A stretch of 31,026 nucleotides of DNA from IMG/VR virus record IMGVR_UViG_3300046786_000125, positions 1 through 31,026 of that record. One strand, 5' to 3'. The position numbers and the translations under genes are program-made. This DNA is from a virus (Duplodnaviria > Caudoviricetes). Positions 10,559 to 18,440 of this stretch are shown here, in pieces; the stretch's first letter is position 1; each line of letters starts with the position of its first letter. The notes under the pieces are model-generated. The model was not told the origin of the DNA, did not search any database, and was given only the letters and a program-made list of their open reading frames with translations.

Positions 10559-10579
10559 GTTAATAAAGTAGGGTTTCCC

Positions 10580-10900
10580 CTATGCGCTAATAGGCTTTCC
10601 AATCATGTCCTCAATATAAGCCTTTGCACCCTTCACAGACTTGGCAGGTAGAACATTATCTTCTAAGTCCTTTTGCACAAGTTTGATAAAGGCTAGAGCT
10701 ATATCTTCATTCTTACCACGCAAGACCGCGCCGCGAAACCAATTGTGAATAGTCGCCCGTGAGACACCCATCGCAACAGCTACATACTTGGCAGGTAGGT
10801 TTGCTTCTACACAAAGCTTTGCCATCTTGTAACCAATGCGGTAGGTATCATCAGCAGTCTCTAATCCACTAAGAAACTTATTACTATAGGGGCGCGACAT
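10580..10900 (-). CDS. Cro/XRE-like helix-turn-helix protein
   Basis: AKYVAVAMGVSRATIHNWFRG fits an HTH pattern. SD AAGGAG upstream. Confidence 0.75.
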   Translation of the reverse strand: MSRPYSNKFLSGLETADDTYRIGYKMAKLCVEANLPAKYVAVAMGVSRATIHNWFRGAVLRGKNEDIALAFIKLVQKDLEDNVLPAKSVKGAKAYIEDMIGKPISA

Positions 10901-10908
10901 AGTTCTCC

Positions 10909-11742
10909 TTATTTCTTAGCCCACTTCTTAATTACATCAGTGGCGTCAGTTGCTTGTGCCGGAGCGCGTTTAGTTGACTCACGTACAGTTGGTTCAGGAG
11001 AAGCTACATCAGTTGCCTCTTCCTTCTTCTTATATACAGTTAACTTAACAGCAGCTTCAGCAGCAGGTGATTTGCTTTGACGAGTTATTACATCATAGTC
11101 GCCTGTGTCGACTGCACCAGCGGGAGAGAATAAAACTTTAGGGAACTGTACTTTCGTGTCAAAAGCAACTTTTGTAACCACACGTCCTGCCGCAATGTTG
11201 TTGCTTGCCAGCATACCGACGTAAGATTTGAAAGGCCATCTTCCATTTTCTTCTTTGCCAAAAGTCGACGCTGCGGGGATAACAAATTCCAATATGTCAC
11301 CACTTGGGTCCTGTGGGAGTACGACAGCTGTGCGCCATGACAACTTGCATTTCGCACCAACGCCAGAGTCATTTGATCCTTTGGCGGAATTAGGGCAAGT
11401 GTCGCAAGTAGGCGCGCACGGATGTTCGACAGCCTCATCCGGCTTAACTGAATCGTTGGACCAACAGACTGGGGATACAGCTTTGCCTTCTTCGTACGTA
11501 CCTTCATAGCATTGTCTCGACGCTGAGTGTGCCATCTTTACAAAGATGATGTTCATGTGACGATCTTCGATAGAGCCGACTTCTTTACCGCCAGACATCT
11601 TACGAAACACGCCGCCCTTGATTGATAAACGCTTAGTTTGATTCGCACCGCCGCCACCTGCAACGGCAAGAGTATCTTCATCAAGGCCTGTTTGAATAAG
11701 GGCTGGGTTGTTTGCGATTAGGGTAGCTAATTCATTGCTCAT
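10909..11742 (-). CDS. Putative ssDNA-binding/annealing protein with Cys cluster
   Basis: 277 aa in the replication block. RLSIKGGVF, PVCWS, CDTCPN..GS..C motifs and a flexible C-terminal tail. SD AAGGA. Confidence 0.55.
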   Translation of the reverse strand: MSNELATLIANNPALIQTGLDEDTLAVAGGGGANQTKRLSIKGGVFRKMSGGKEVGSIEDRHMNIIFVKMAHSASRQCYEGTYEEGKAVSPVCWSNDSVKPDEAVEHPCAPTCDTCPNSAKGSNDSGVGAKCKLSWRTAVVLPQDPSGDILEFVIPAASTFGKEENGRWPFKSYVGMLASNNIAAGRVVTKVAFDTKVQFPKVLFSPAGAVDTGDYDVITRQSKSPAAEAAVKLTVYKKKEEATDVASPEPTVRESTKRAPAQATDATDVIKKWAKK

Positions 11743-11762
11743 GATATTTTCCTTTGACTAAA

Positions 11763-12170
11763 TTAAACACTAACTTTTACTGTGGGTTTACGTACTGTGA
11801 CCGTGAATTCACGCATCACATTCACACCGGGCGGCAAACCATCTGCATGACGCTCAGCCATGAATTGTTTAAAGTTACCTTGATGTAGACGTGCTTCAAA
11901 TAATTCAACAGCGCCCGTCTCTAGTACGAACTTGTTGAAGTTGTCGCGGTCTGAACAAGTGAACCTTTCTTTCAATGATTTAATAACAGTACCGTTCGGG
12001 GTACGAATACTGTCTGCATTTATTTCATTACAACCTGCGAGTAACGACTGTTCAATGACTGCCATCTCTGCTTTCAATGCGTCATCTTGTGCCTTATACT
12101 CAGACTCTATCTTTTCACGCTCGTTTCGAATAGTCAAGTAGGTTTTAACTAATTCTTCCATGTTATTCAT
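11763..12170 (-). CDS. Conserved phage coiled-coil protein
   Basis: 135 aa. N-terminal coiled coil, SIRT.NGT and LPPGVN motifs, as commonly seen beside SSB genes. Confidence 0.65.
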   Translation of the reverse strand: MNNMEELVKTYLTIRNEREKIESEYKAQDDALKAEMAVIEQSLLAGCNEINADSIRTPNGTVIKSLKERFTCSDRDNFNKFVLETGAVELFEARLHQGNFKQFMAERHADGLPPGVNVMREFTVTVRKPTVKVSV

Positions 12171-13752
12171 AGCTTTCTCCTAGTACTTCTGATTTATATA
12201 AATCGACAAGTTTCTCGTGTGAATCTATTTTGCCTTGCAACATCTTGTACATCTTCTTCTCTACATCAGAACCTTGTATGTGAACTACTGTCATACGGTT
12301 CTTCTGCCCCATGCGATCAATACGTGCAACGCATTGCAGATATGTTTCAACACTCATAACAGGTGACCAAAATACTATCGTGTCTGCTGCTGTCAACGTG
12401 ACCCCATGTGATGCTGATTGAGGTTGTATGACTAAGACTCGTGGCTCTGCTGTAGTTTGAAATCTGTTAACGATACGTGAGCGTTCACCTGCTGACACAT
12501 CGCCATTTATAATCTCTCGTGACACACCTTCTTTATCTAAGAAGTTAGCAACTAAATCTATTGTGTGTCTGAACGGTATAAATACAATTACTTTATTCTC
12601 TGTCTCATCAAGCACTTCCCTTAACGCTGCAAGGCGCGGCGCTATGTCGAACTCAACTACTTCTTTTGTATCTGAATAGACCGCGCCCCCAGATACTTGC
12701 AAGAGCTTAGATAACTGTGCCGCTGCATTTACTGCACTTACCTGTTCGCCAGCGGCTTCGATCATCATCTCGTCTTTTAGTTTCTTATAGTATCTAGCTG
12801 CTTGTGGTGTGAGAGGTATCTCTCTGGTCTGATATAAAACTTCTGGCAGGTCTAGACATTCTGCTTTCGTAAATCTTATAGCAGGTTGCAGCGCATCAAA
12901 TACAGTATCTCTAGCTGATGGTTTGGGTAGCCACTTAAAACGTGTGACTTGGTTCATGACTTTATCTCGCCATGATGTAACGTACTTAGGAACTCTGGTT
13001 GGAGAAACTAATCTAGCAATACCGAACGCATCCATCGGTGACTGTGACGCAGGTGTACCTGTCAACATCCATAGTCTAGTGTCGGACTTAATTAACTTCG
13101 CCATCAACTTCCAACGCACGGTGCTGACAGACTTGTAAGCATTTGCCTCGTCAACAACTATTAGATCAAAGTCATCCTGCTTTAAATCCTCAAACAAGAT
13201 ACCGATACCGTCATAGTTAGTGACTATGAAATCGTACTCACCGTTTAATATTTTCTTACGCTTCGCAGCGGGTCCGTATGCCACACCAACAGAGCGGTGC
13301 ATCGCAGTCTTAAACACATCGGCTTGCCACGCTGAATACATAATTGTGAGAGGGCATACCACAAGCACGCGTTTAACCAATCCCAACGACATTAAATAGT
13401 CAGCTGCCCAGATGACTGAGGAAGTCTTACCTGTACCCGCTTCGTTGAAACAGAACGCGCGACGTCGGCTTGCTAAGAATGATGCAGTAGTTTTCTGGTG
13501 GTCGAACGGCTTATAAAGCCCCGGCCAGTTGTAGTCTTTCAGTATGGGTGATGGGATATTGTTATAGCCGAAAGTCTCAGCCATGAAGGTAGTCTCTTCT
13601 AATCCCCAGTACATAAGAAGCTGTGTGGTGTCATCATCTCTATCTAAGATTTCACACTTCTCTACGTACTTCAGCGCAAAGTCGGCGCTTGTGTTTGGTA
13701 CTCTAAAACTTAAGGCGGTGTTGTCCACCACTGTAAACTTAATGTCACTCAA
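12163..13752 (-). CDS. SNF2-family (SF2) helicase
   Basis: 529 aa. Motifs EAGTGKT, VVCP, VDEAN, LTGTP, GVTLTAA, QCVARIDRMGQ. Confidence 0.9.
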   Translation of the reverse strand: MSDIKFTVVDNTALSFRVPNTSADFALKYVEKCEILDRDDDTTQLLMYWGLEETTFMAETFGYNNIPSPILKDYNWPGLYKPFDHQKTTASFLASRRRAFCFNEAGTGKTSSVIWAADYLMSLGLVKRVLVVCPLTIMYSAWQADVFKTAMHRSVGVAYGPAAKRKKILNGEYDFIVTNYDGIGILFEDLKQDDFDLIVVDEANAYKSVSTVRWKLMAKLIKSDTRLWMLTGTPASQSPMDAFGIARLVSPTRVPKYVTSWRDKVMNQVTRFKWLPKPSARDTVFDALQPAIRFTKAECLDLPEVLYQTREIPLTPQAARYYKKLKDEMMIEAAGEQVSAVNAAAQLSKLLQVSGGAVYSDTKEVVEFDIAPRLAALREVLDETENKVIVFIPFRHTIDLVANFLDKEGVSREIINGDVSAGERSRIVNRFQTTAEPRVLVIQPQSASHGVTLTAADTIVFWSPVMSVETYLQCVARIDRMGQKNRMTVVHIQGSDVEKKMYKMLQGKIDSHEKLVDLYKSEVLGESYE

Positions 13753-13774
13753 TTTGACCTCACTGTAAACTTAA
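13729..13774. repeat. 14-bp direct repeat CACTGTAAACTTAA flanking the helicase start
   Basis: Exact copies at 13729-13742 and 13761-13774. Confidence 0.85.
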
Positions 13775-13909
13775 ACGGGACCCCTTGCGGGGGTTAGTCG
13801 GCTACATCCACACCGGAGGTAAATCTAGAAAGGCTGATGTTAAGTAGCTGATGCGGTTTATGTAGGATTACCTAGAACCTACGCCCACTCACACCTTATG
13901 GCAGTGATC

Positions 13910-14194
13910 TTACTTCTTGCGTTCTTTCTTACTCGTCTCCGATACCATAGCGCCTGATGAAGTGCGCTTGAACGAACGATTCTTGGACGGCGATTCTAAT
14001 CTAATACCGTCGGCATTGCTACCACCTTTTGAAAGCGCTTTGACGTGGGCTACATCTTTACCTTTACGGTTAACGCCTTCTGCATCTAACTTACGTCTTG
14101 CACGTTGGCGTTCCATCCTATCAGGATGTTCGCCGCGCTTCTTTTCCATCTCGTATTCGTGCTTATACGGTCTTGGCGTCTTTGTGTATGGCAT
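13910..14194 (-). CDS. Small basic HNH-like protein
   Basis: GKDVAHVKALSKGGSN..IRLESPSKNRS resembles a degenerate HNH fold. SD GGAG. Confidence 0.65.
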   Translation of the reverse strand: MPYTKTPRPYKHEYEMEKKRGEHPDRMERQRARRKLDAEGVNRKGKDVAHVKALSKGGSNADGIRLESPSKNRSFKRTSSGAMVSETSKKERKK

Positions 14195-14390
14195 TTAATG
14201 CTCCATGTGTGTATGAGTTATGTGCTTTTGATCTGCGTAGCGCACGCTTAAACAATTGACTTGATAACTTATGTTTACTTGCTTGCAACGCCTCTGCTAG
14301 GTGTTTCGTATAACGAGCTGACAAATCGTCGTAGCTGTTTGTACTCGCAGTCAGGGTCATCGTGTACTCTTCCGGTGTGTAAGTACTCAT
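14163..14390 (-). CDS. Mini-protein with major-capsid-like segment YDDLSARYTKHLAEA
   Basis: 75 aa, SD GGGAG, TAATG-coupled to the upstream ORF. Segment resembles recalled capsid sequence LYDSLSARYTKALARAM. Confidence 0.6.
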   Translation of the reverse strand: MSTYTPEEYTMTLTASTNSYDDLSARYTKHLAEALQASKHKLSSQLFKRALRRSKAHNSYTHGALNAIHKDAKTV

Positions 14391-14496
14391 TAGATATTGC
14401 TCCCTTGCGTATGGTTTTCTGGAGGTGTTTGATAGCCTCGTTCAATGACTCTTTGCTCAAGTTCTGCTGCTCCGTGGATTTGTTTGTTTCTATCAT
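14275..14496 (-). CDS. Possible fully overlapped mini-protein (weak capsid-like segment NLSKESLNEAI)
   Basis: Open frame 14275..14514 with ATG 14496. Contains the array repeat near its start. Entirely overlapped by neighbouring ORFs. Confidence 0.3.
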   Translation of the reverse strand: MIETNKSTEQQNLSKESLNEAIKHLQKTIRKGAISNEYLHTGRVHDDPDCEYKQLRRFVSSLYETPSRGVASK

Positions 14497-14593
14497 ACCT
14501 GCGCTCGTCCCCATATTTTCTATACTCTAGACCGAACAATTCGTTAAGTCCGGGCAGTAGTTCTTTTAATAGTTCCTTGCGCGATATCGCCAT
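14390..14593 (-). CDS. Mini-protein starting with a major-capsid-like N-terminus (MAISRKELLKELLPGLNELFGLEY)
   Basis: GGAG SD before ATG 14593 (alternative start 14617). First 30 aa closely match the recalled N-terminus MAISRAQLLKELLPGLNALFGLEY of Mu gpT-like capsid proteins. Confidence 0.7.
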   Translation of the reverse strand: MAISRKELLKELLPGLNELFGLEYRKYGDERRYDRNKQIHGAAELEQRVIERGYQTPPENHTQGSNI

Positions 14594-14747
14594 CTTCTGC
14601 TCCGTGCATAAAATCATTAGTTGCTATGTATCTACCAAACTCTGTTTCAATTGCTCTAACAAAATGTGAAGTGTCATAACGCTTCGTGGCTTTGTAAACT
14701 AGGGTATCTGTCAGATGCTCCGTGTAAGTAGTCGTTTGTGAATTCAC
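14544..14747 (-). CDS. Mini-protein with capsid C-terminal-like motifs (HLTDT, YKATKRY, HFVR)
   Basis: 67 aa, GTG start with AGGAG SD. Confidence 0.55.
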   Translation of the reverse strand: MNSQTTTYTEHLTDTLVYKATKRYDTSHFVRAIETEFGRYIATNDFMHGAEDGDIAQGTIKRTTART

Positions 14748-14880
14748 TTAGTTCTCCTGTATCTGTATCTTCTATTAATCTTTTATAGAGTAATTCAAAC
14801 GTAGGTTTTGTACTGTAGCCACCTCTATAGTCGTTCCAACCAACCGAGCGCTTTTTAGGTGCTTTATAAACTCTTATCAT
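14674..14880 (-). CDS. Mini-protein with capsid extreme-C-terminal-like motif (YKAPKKRSVGWNDYRG)
   Basis: 68 aa, ATGA-coupled to the nuclease stop. Confidence 0.55.
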   Translation of the reverse strand: MIRVYKAPKKRSVGWNDYRGGYSTKPTFELLYKRLIEDTDTGELSEFTNDYLHGASDRYPSLQSHEAL

Positions 14881-15536
14881 CTGTCTCTGTAATGTTCACA
14901 AGTATTAACCGGACACCAACCGCACAGTGGCGTAGGATTCTTCTGCCACATATCTGTCTCGTAAGACATCTTCAAGCGCTCAATGTCACCCTTAAAACTA
15001 TCCCACAACTTATCTTGCTGGTCTCTCGTATACTCTTCAGGTATGAAATTATTATGCAATATAAACATAAGCCCAGCCTTGACGTTGTTCACCTGTGGAA
15101 AGTGCGCGAACGTCATAAGCGCCATTAGCCTCAACTGCTTCACATCTGGGTACTTATCACTGCCTGTCTTGTAATCAACGATGAACGCTGTGTCGCCTGA
15201 GATAATCATCAGGTCAACAATACCTCTCACCCAATATTCTTTCGCCCCAAAAGAACACGCTTTACCATCTTCTGTAAGCGCCATCCTATGTTCCGGATAC
15301 CTCTCACCGTCGATTTCCAACAGTGGGTCCACCATAGCAGCGAACCTCTTGTAATTGTGGGGTAAGTCTTTACCACTCTTTGCGTATTCTTCCAACGCGC
15401 TATGGACATCAAGCCCGTATAACATCTGATGGGTCGGTTTGGTTTCATACTTTTTTAACACCTTCACTTCGTAATATTGATTAGGACAATTTATATACTG
15501 TTTTAGACTTGAGAACGACCACTTGATTGGTTGCAT
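14877..15536 (-). CDS. PD-(D/E)XK exonuclease, Cas4/RecB-like
   Basis: WSFSSL..Y..CP, G..VH, RGIVDL, IVDYKTG, QL..MA and C-terminal CGWCPVNTC (Fe-S-type Cys set). SD GAGG. Confidence 0.85.
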   Translation of the reverse strand: MQPIKWSFSSLKQYINCPNQYYEVKVLKKYETKPTHQMLYGLDVHSALEEYAKSGKDLPHNYKRFAAMVDPLLEIDGERYPEHRMALTEDGKACSFGAKEYWVRGIVDLMIISGDTAFIVDYKTGSDKYPDVKQLRLMALMTFAHFPQVNNVKAGLMFILHNNFIPEEYTRDQQDKLWDSFKGDIERLKMSYETDMWQKNPTPLCGWCPVNTCEHYRDR

Positions 15537-15551
15537 AGTTTCCTCTATTTG

Positions 15552-17423
15552 TTAACACTCTCCATAACTATGCCCGTATTTTGCCTCACATGCAACCGGT
15601 AAAGTAATCGCCCACGATGGTGGCGTAGACATCTTCTCAATAATGAAACTCATCGCTTCGTCTTTGACCGCTTCTGGTACAACGATCACCGCTGCGTCAT
15701 GTACTGTCAGGACAACTCTATAGCGTTCATTGATTGCCAACATCTGTTCGCCTACAACAATTCTAGCTAACGCTTGGACTACATTCTCAACTACTGCGCC
15801 GCCCCAAATACTTATCTCGCCTTTGCGTGACTTGTATTTATATTGGGACTTCTCACCTTCTGTATCGAACCGTAGCTTTGGGTAGCGAATCAACAAACCG
15901 TTCGGCAGGTATATACCTTCGCCTGTCACCTGTAATACTTCATGTTCACCTAGATAGTATGGGTCGCTCTTCTCATCCCAATTGCATATCTCTTCCAACG
16001 CTTTGTCAGATTCTTTCCATAGATTAATAATATCGCTATTAACTTCTCGATAAAGATTTACTATAGCCTGACATTCTTCGTCATCTATGACAGCCCCGGG
16101 GGGTTGTGTCTTTAGTGTGTGCTGTAACTTTCTCCAGCCAGTGCCATAACCCAATCCCAACACGCAAGTCTTACCAACGAATCGTTCAACTGGGTCGGCT
16201 TTCGTTATAGTACGGTTGTAGACTTTGGAAGCAAAGATCGAATATACATCCTGATTTGCTGCGAATTGTTGAACAACATCATGTTGTCCTGCCAACCAAG
16301 CCAACACCCGTGCCTCAATTTGGGACGAATCGCAGTTAATGACCACAAAGCCTTCAGGTGGTAAGACTGCGTTTTTGAGGGCTTTCTTTTTCTTATCTCG
16401 GCTAGGTAAGTTCTGGAAGTTAACCTTGTCACTACCACTCCATCGTCCAGTATGTGCACCATAATATTTAAGCGGGATGGGTAGTAAACCTTTGTTGCGC
16501 TTTCCGATGTCAATGAATCTACTGATTCTAGATTCTTCCAAAGTAGATTTAGTTCCGAGTCTGACAGCGCACAACTGTTGTATAAATGTATCTTCATGTT
16601 CCGAGAGTGCGATAAACCCTTCATCGTTTTTTGCCAAAGCAAATGTCTCTTTTCCAGTAGTAGGGCTGACTTTTGTTGGGGGAGTAATCCCATGCTCCGT
16701 AAGAAGTCCTGCAAACTGTTTATTACTCGCCAACTTCTTTCTAACAGCTTCTTCATCATCGCATTTAAGTCTTTCTTTTAATGTTGATAGGAGATCATGC
16801 TTCTCTTGTTTGAGTTCTTCTAATCGTTCAACTAGCAACGCGTCATCTACCTTGAACGCCGGGAATATGAACATCCTTAGCGTCATATCAATAAGTTTTA
16901 TCTCATCGGCAGGAAAGTTCGGAGCCATCAAATGAAATAGCTTGTATGTCAACTCAACGTCATTCTTACAATACTCACCATACTGTTTAAGCTCAGCCGC
17001 TGTGAAGTCCTCTAGCCTCTTGCCTTTAGCATCTTCAACTTCTGTACCTTTCTTACCTATGCCATATCTTTCAGACAACGCTGCGAGACTTCCACCCGCA
17101 TCAACGCCGTGGAGCGCACGAGCCATGCTCAGAGTGTCCAGTAAGAAGGCGGGCTTGATACCGAACCGCCACGCTAATATCGCACCATCAAAGAGAGTGT
17201 TATGACATAGCAACGCTGCATCCGACCAATCAGTTAACTCCGTCAACTGTTTCTTTATTTCCTCATGCGTACCTGTAACCCAGCGTGCCGGTTCATCATC
17301 GACTTTAATGCCAACGCCAATCTCTTGAAAGCGCTTGTCACGAATGTACTCTTCGGTCGTCATAGTACGAAAGCCAAAGTCCTGTGCGTAGTACGTCTCA
17401 TAATCCAATGTAATTAAACTCAT
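15552..17423 (-). CDS. polA: Family A DNA polymerase with 3'-5' exonuclease domain
   Basis: Exo motifs LDYET, HNTLFD, YCKND. Pol motifs HTGRWS, QNLP, DSSQIEAR (A), RFVGKTCVLGLGYG (B), VHD (C). Confidence 0.92.
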   Translation of the reverse strand: MSLITLDYETYYAQDFGFRTMTTEEYIRDKRFQEIGVGIKVDDEPARWVTGTHEEIKKQLTELTDWSDAALLCHNTLFDGAILAWRFGIKPAFLLDTLSMARALHGVDAGGSLAALSERYGIGKKGTEVEDAKGKRLEDFTAAELKQYGEYCKNDVELTYKLFHLMAPNFPADEIKLIDMTLRMFIFPAFKVDDALLVERLEELKQEKHDLLSTLKERLKCDDEEAVRKKLASNKQFAGLLTEHGITPPTKVSPTTGKETFALAKNDEGFIALSEHEDTFIQQLCAVRLGTKSTLEESRISRFIDIGKRNKGLLPIPLKYYGAHTGRWSGSDKVNFQNLPSRDKKKKALKNAVLPPEGFVVINCDSSQIEARVLAWLAGQHDVVQQFAANQDVYSIFASKVYNRTITKADPVERFVGKTCVLGLGYGTGWRKLQHTLKTQPPGAVIDDEECQAIVNLYREVNSDIINLWKESDKALEEICNWDEKSDPYYLGEHEVLQVTGEGIYLPNGLLIRYPKLRFDTEGEKSQYKYKSRKGEISIWGGAVVENVVQALARIVVGEQMLAINERYRVVLTVHDAAVIVVPEAVKDEAMSFIIEKMSTPPSWAITLPVACEAKYGHSYGEC

Positions 17424-17629
17424 TTACCGCACACCTTTTTCTTTGCTTCTTTTAAGTTCGATTGAAACAACCATTGCATACATACTTCATTGACGTGCTT
17501 GTCGCTAAGTGAATCCGCACCGTCTGCATACCCACGACTATATTGATTAGCCATCTCGTCTAAGATAGCCCAGTAACCACCTATGACTATCATACCTATG
17601 CCAATCCAAAACCATTTTTCACCTTTCAT
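17420..17629 (-). CDS. Small membrane-anchored hypothetical protein
   Basis: N-terminal hydrophobic helix WFWIGIGMIVIGGYWAIL. ATGA-coupled to the polymerase. Confidence 0.65.
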   Translation of the reverse strand: MKGEKWFWIGIGMIVIGGYWAILDEMANQYSRGYADGADSLSDKHVNEVCMQWLFQSNLKEAKKKVCGK

Positions 17630-17641
17630 GTGTTCTTTCCC

Positions 17642-17860
17642 TTATATTTTTATTTCTTCACCTACTACTTTGTACGTATACGGTCTAAGCCCTTCTACGG
17701 TAGCTAAAGCTAATTCGTATGTATCAAAAGTAAGGTCATATCTATAACTAGAATCTGCGCTGTACCGTTTTACTGTATACCAACCAAGCCAAGTCTTTCT
17801 TTGTATGATGTAGTATTTTATGTGGTCGCGTTTCACTTCAACAATTCTATAGGTTGTCAT
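17642..17860 (-). CDS. Hypothetical protein
   Basis: 72 aa. YRIVE...YIIQRKTWLGW pattern. ATGA coupling. Confidence 0.65.
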   Translation of the reverse strand: MTTYRIVEVKRDHIKYYIIQRKTWLGWYTVKRYSADSSYRYDLTFDTYELALATVEGLRPYTYKVVGEEIKI

Positions 17861-18099
17861 GTGTTCTTGTTCCCCCTCAGGTACATAAACATCTCAGCGT
17901 TTAGCTTTGCTCGCTCCCACTTCTCACGCCCACTTATCTCCATCAACGCAAGAGCAAACTGTGCAAAGTTATTTAGCTTCTCAAGCTCGGTCTCTTCTAC
18001 CTCTCCCTTGTTAATGTTATTGATGACACGCATTACACCAGTACGGTAGCCGTCGATCACTGCTTGCCAATGTGGGTCATGCTTCTGTGGTTTAGGCAT
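17857..18099 (-). CDS. Hypothetical protein
   Basis: 80 aa, tightly packed with overlapping junctions. Confidence 0.65.
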   Translation of the reverse strand: MPKPQKHDPHWQAVIDGYRTGVMRVINNINKGEVEETELEKLNNFAQFALALMEISGREKWERAKLNAEMFMYLRGNKNT

Positions 18100-18334
18100 T
18101 TTTCTCTTTCAGTTTTGCTTCAATAGCAAGAATTGCGTTGTAATGACCTGAATACATCAATCTTACGGGCGCTCCCCACAAATCTTCTATTTCCTCGTCC
18201 GTCAGCCCTACCCATTCTTTCTTTGGTGGCGCTGTGTAAAAAGGTTGGTTATCGTAAAAATCACAGTTAAGTAAACCGTCTTTCCATTTTAGCCCGTTCA
18301 TTTCTTTATCAAACCATGCTATAGGCTCATCCAT
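18092..18334 (-). CDS. Hypothetical protein, EWVGLTDEEI...IEAKLKEKN family
   Basis: Paralog of 18437..18685. Confidence 0.7.
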   Translation of the reverse strand: MDEPIAWFDKEMNGLKWKDGLLNCDFYDNQPFYTAPPKKEWVGLTDEEIEDLWGAPVRLMYSGHYNAILAIEAKLKEKNA

Positions 18335-18440
18335 TATTCTTCTCCTTTAGCTTTTTTTTGATAGCACTAGCAAACGCAACAACTAAAAATATTCTGCGCA
18401 TTAAAAAAGCGCCTACCATTGGATCAGGAAACCATATCAT
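18327..18440 (-). CDS. 37-aa hydrophobic mini-protein ending AIKKKLKEKNNG (not in ORF track)
   Basis: Translated by hand. ATGA-coupled start with AAGGAG SD. Fills the gap exactly. Confidence 0.55.
   Translation of the reverse strand: MIWFPDPMVGAFLMRRIFLVVAFASAIKKKLKEKNNG

Noticed and set aside
13140-13151. DEAN instead of DEAH/DESH in the helicase
   Set aside because: The catalytic DE is intact and the other motifs are normal, so there is no sign of inactivation.
13775-13909. Hammerhead ribozyme (two CTGATG words)
   Set aside because: Neither continues as CTGATGA and no correctly placed GAAA core was found.
14163-14880. CRISPR mini-array beside a Cas4-like nuclease
   Set aside because: Repeats are only ~9 bp with irregular 97-171 nt spacing, and the capsid similarity is at protein level within open frames. 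Stand-alone Cas4-like nucleases are ordinary in phage replication modules.
14163-14880. Simple frameshifted capsid pseudogene
   Set aside because: Pieces are out of order, most capsid sequence is absent, and most ORFs have their own start signals. Not fully excluded without alignment.
16205-17205. Long alternative-frame and antisense ORFs within the polymerase (similar ones occur in the primase, SSB and vWA genes)
   Set aside because: Shadow ORFs from codon bias with no protein-like features, unlike the 2431 nested ORF.
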